Shown here piece after piece: positions 63,090 through 64,000 of a DNA stretch of 64,000 bases (within the stretch, counting starts at the first letter, position 1; each line of letters opens with the position of its first letter). Source of the DNA: Bugula neritina (lineage: Eukaryota; Animalia; Bryozoa); the NCBI GenBank assembly GCA_964035545.1, contig OZ037765.1:2108001-2172000 (forward strand), written 5' to 3'. The notes beneath the pieces were generated by a model. It was not told the origin of the DNA. It did no database searches and worked only from the letters and a program-made list of their open reading frames with translations. A program made the translations under genes and the position numbers.

Positions 63090-64000
63090 CTACAAAAAAT
63101 GATGACTTTCTAAATTTGTGTTATCGGAAATTATTTGGCACTTTTACAAGAGATTCTTTGGATCCAAGATAGTACAAAGCAGCTTCAGTTATAGTGAAGC
63201 GATGCTGTTGAAGTTGCAAGGGTCAGCGCTTTAAGAAATTTAGCCATTCATAACACAGTTACTATAAAAGACCCAAATTAAGAGAGGGAGGTGGCTGTCT
63301 TTTATTTTTCTTGTAGCGAAATGTGTAAAAGTTAAGCTTATTTTAAATGCATGCTTTACACTGCTAGCATTAAAACTGCTGAAATATAATTTAATATTTG
63401 ACAATGCTATTCTGCATTTGAAATATTTTTCTTCTCTCCGACCAGTTGCAAAGTCACTCAAACATTTGAAGGTATCAAGACTCAAACTTAGACTGAGCTC
63501 TACAGAATTTAGAACACTTACGACCACTGCCAAAAGAAGATGCCTGAAACACTTCGTTATCATGTGTAGCCGTGCTCCAAGCTGTTTTGCTGCGAGCACT
63601 GTCGGGACGAGACAGGGCCATGGTTTAGTAGTTCTCTACAGGCAGCAAACAGGAAACACTGTGAGCAGACGTATGTAAATATACCATACAGACCTCAGCA
63701 TTTAGATGCCTTAGAGGAGAAAATTTAGTAGCACATGTCTTCTAAGTTTTTTAATACATTTTGATTTGGGGTGCGTGTCAAAATTTTGCTACATTTCCAA
63801 ACTAGAACACATGCAGCCTTCTCTCAATCTATACCTCACCACTATTAGTGTGCTCAAAAACATTAACCAACATTTTTACGAATTCAGACTTTTTCAACTT
63901 ATTGCAATATTTGTATTAAATACCAATTGAATTCACAACTATATTATGGTAACTCAAATTAATTCATCTAATGATTCACTAAACATCATATACTAACCTT

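Overview
AT-rich, intron-rich animal genomic DNA, most likely an invertebrate; the species cannot be determined from the sequence alone. Seven conserved multi-exon genes can be rebuilt with GT-AG introns: NOP56 (-), a TMC1/2/3-type channel (-), AFG3L2-type m-AAA protease (+), TCF25 (-), ENKD1 (+), CXXC1/CFP1 (-) and PKD2 (-, 5' end beyond the window). Also present are two small orphan genes (a single-pass membrane protein and a 168-aa acidic protein with LIR-like and FFAT-like motifs), a decayed Glu/Lys-rich gene, two tRNA-derived SINE copies, several foldback/MITE-like inverted repeats and many intronic minisatellites anchored on splice sites. Most long ORF-track hits in introns are repeat artefacts. 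The most notable observations: an AFG3L2 intron built almost entirely of 17 GT...AG/AT 42-bp units, a minisatellite mimicking the U1 snRNA 5' end, a CFP1 with a long tail ending in an HCF1-binding motif, an RFX X-box/CCAAT cluster in TCF25 introns, promoter-flanking hexamer tracts, and TMC-NOP56 / AFG3L-TCF25 linkage resembling the vertebrate arrangement. Exon coordinates were read by eye.
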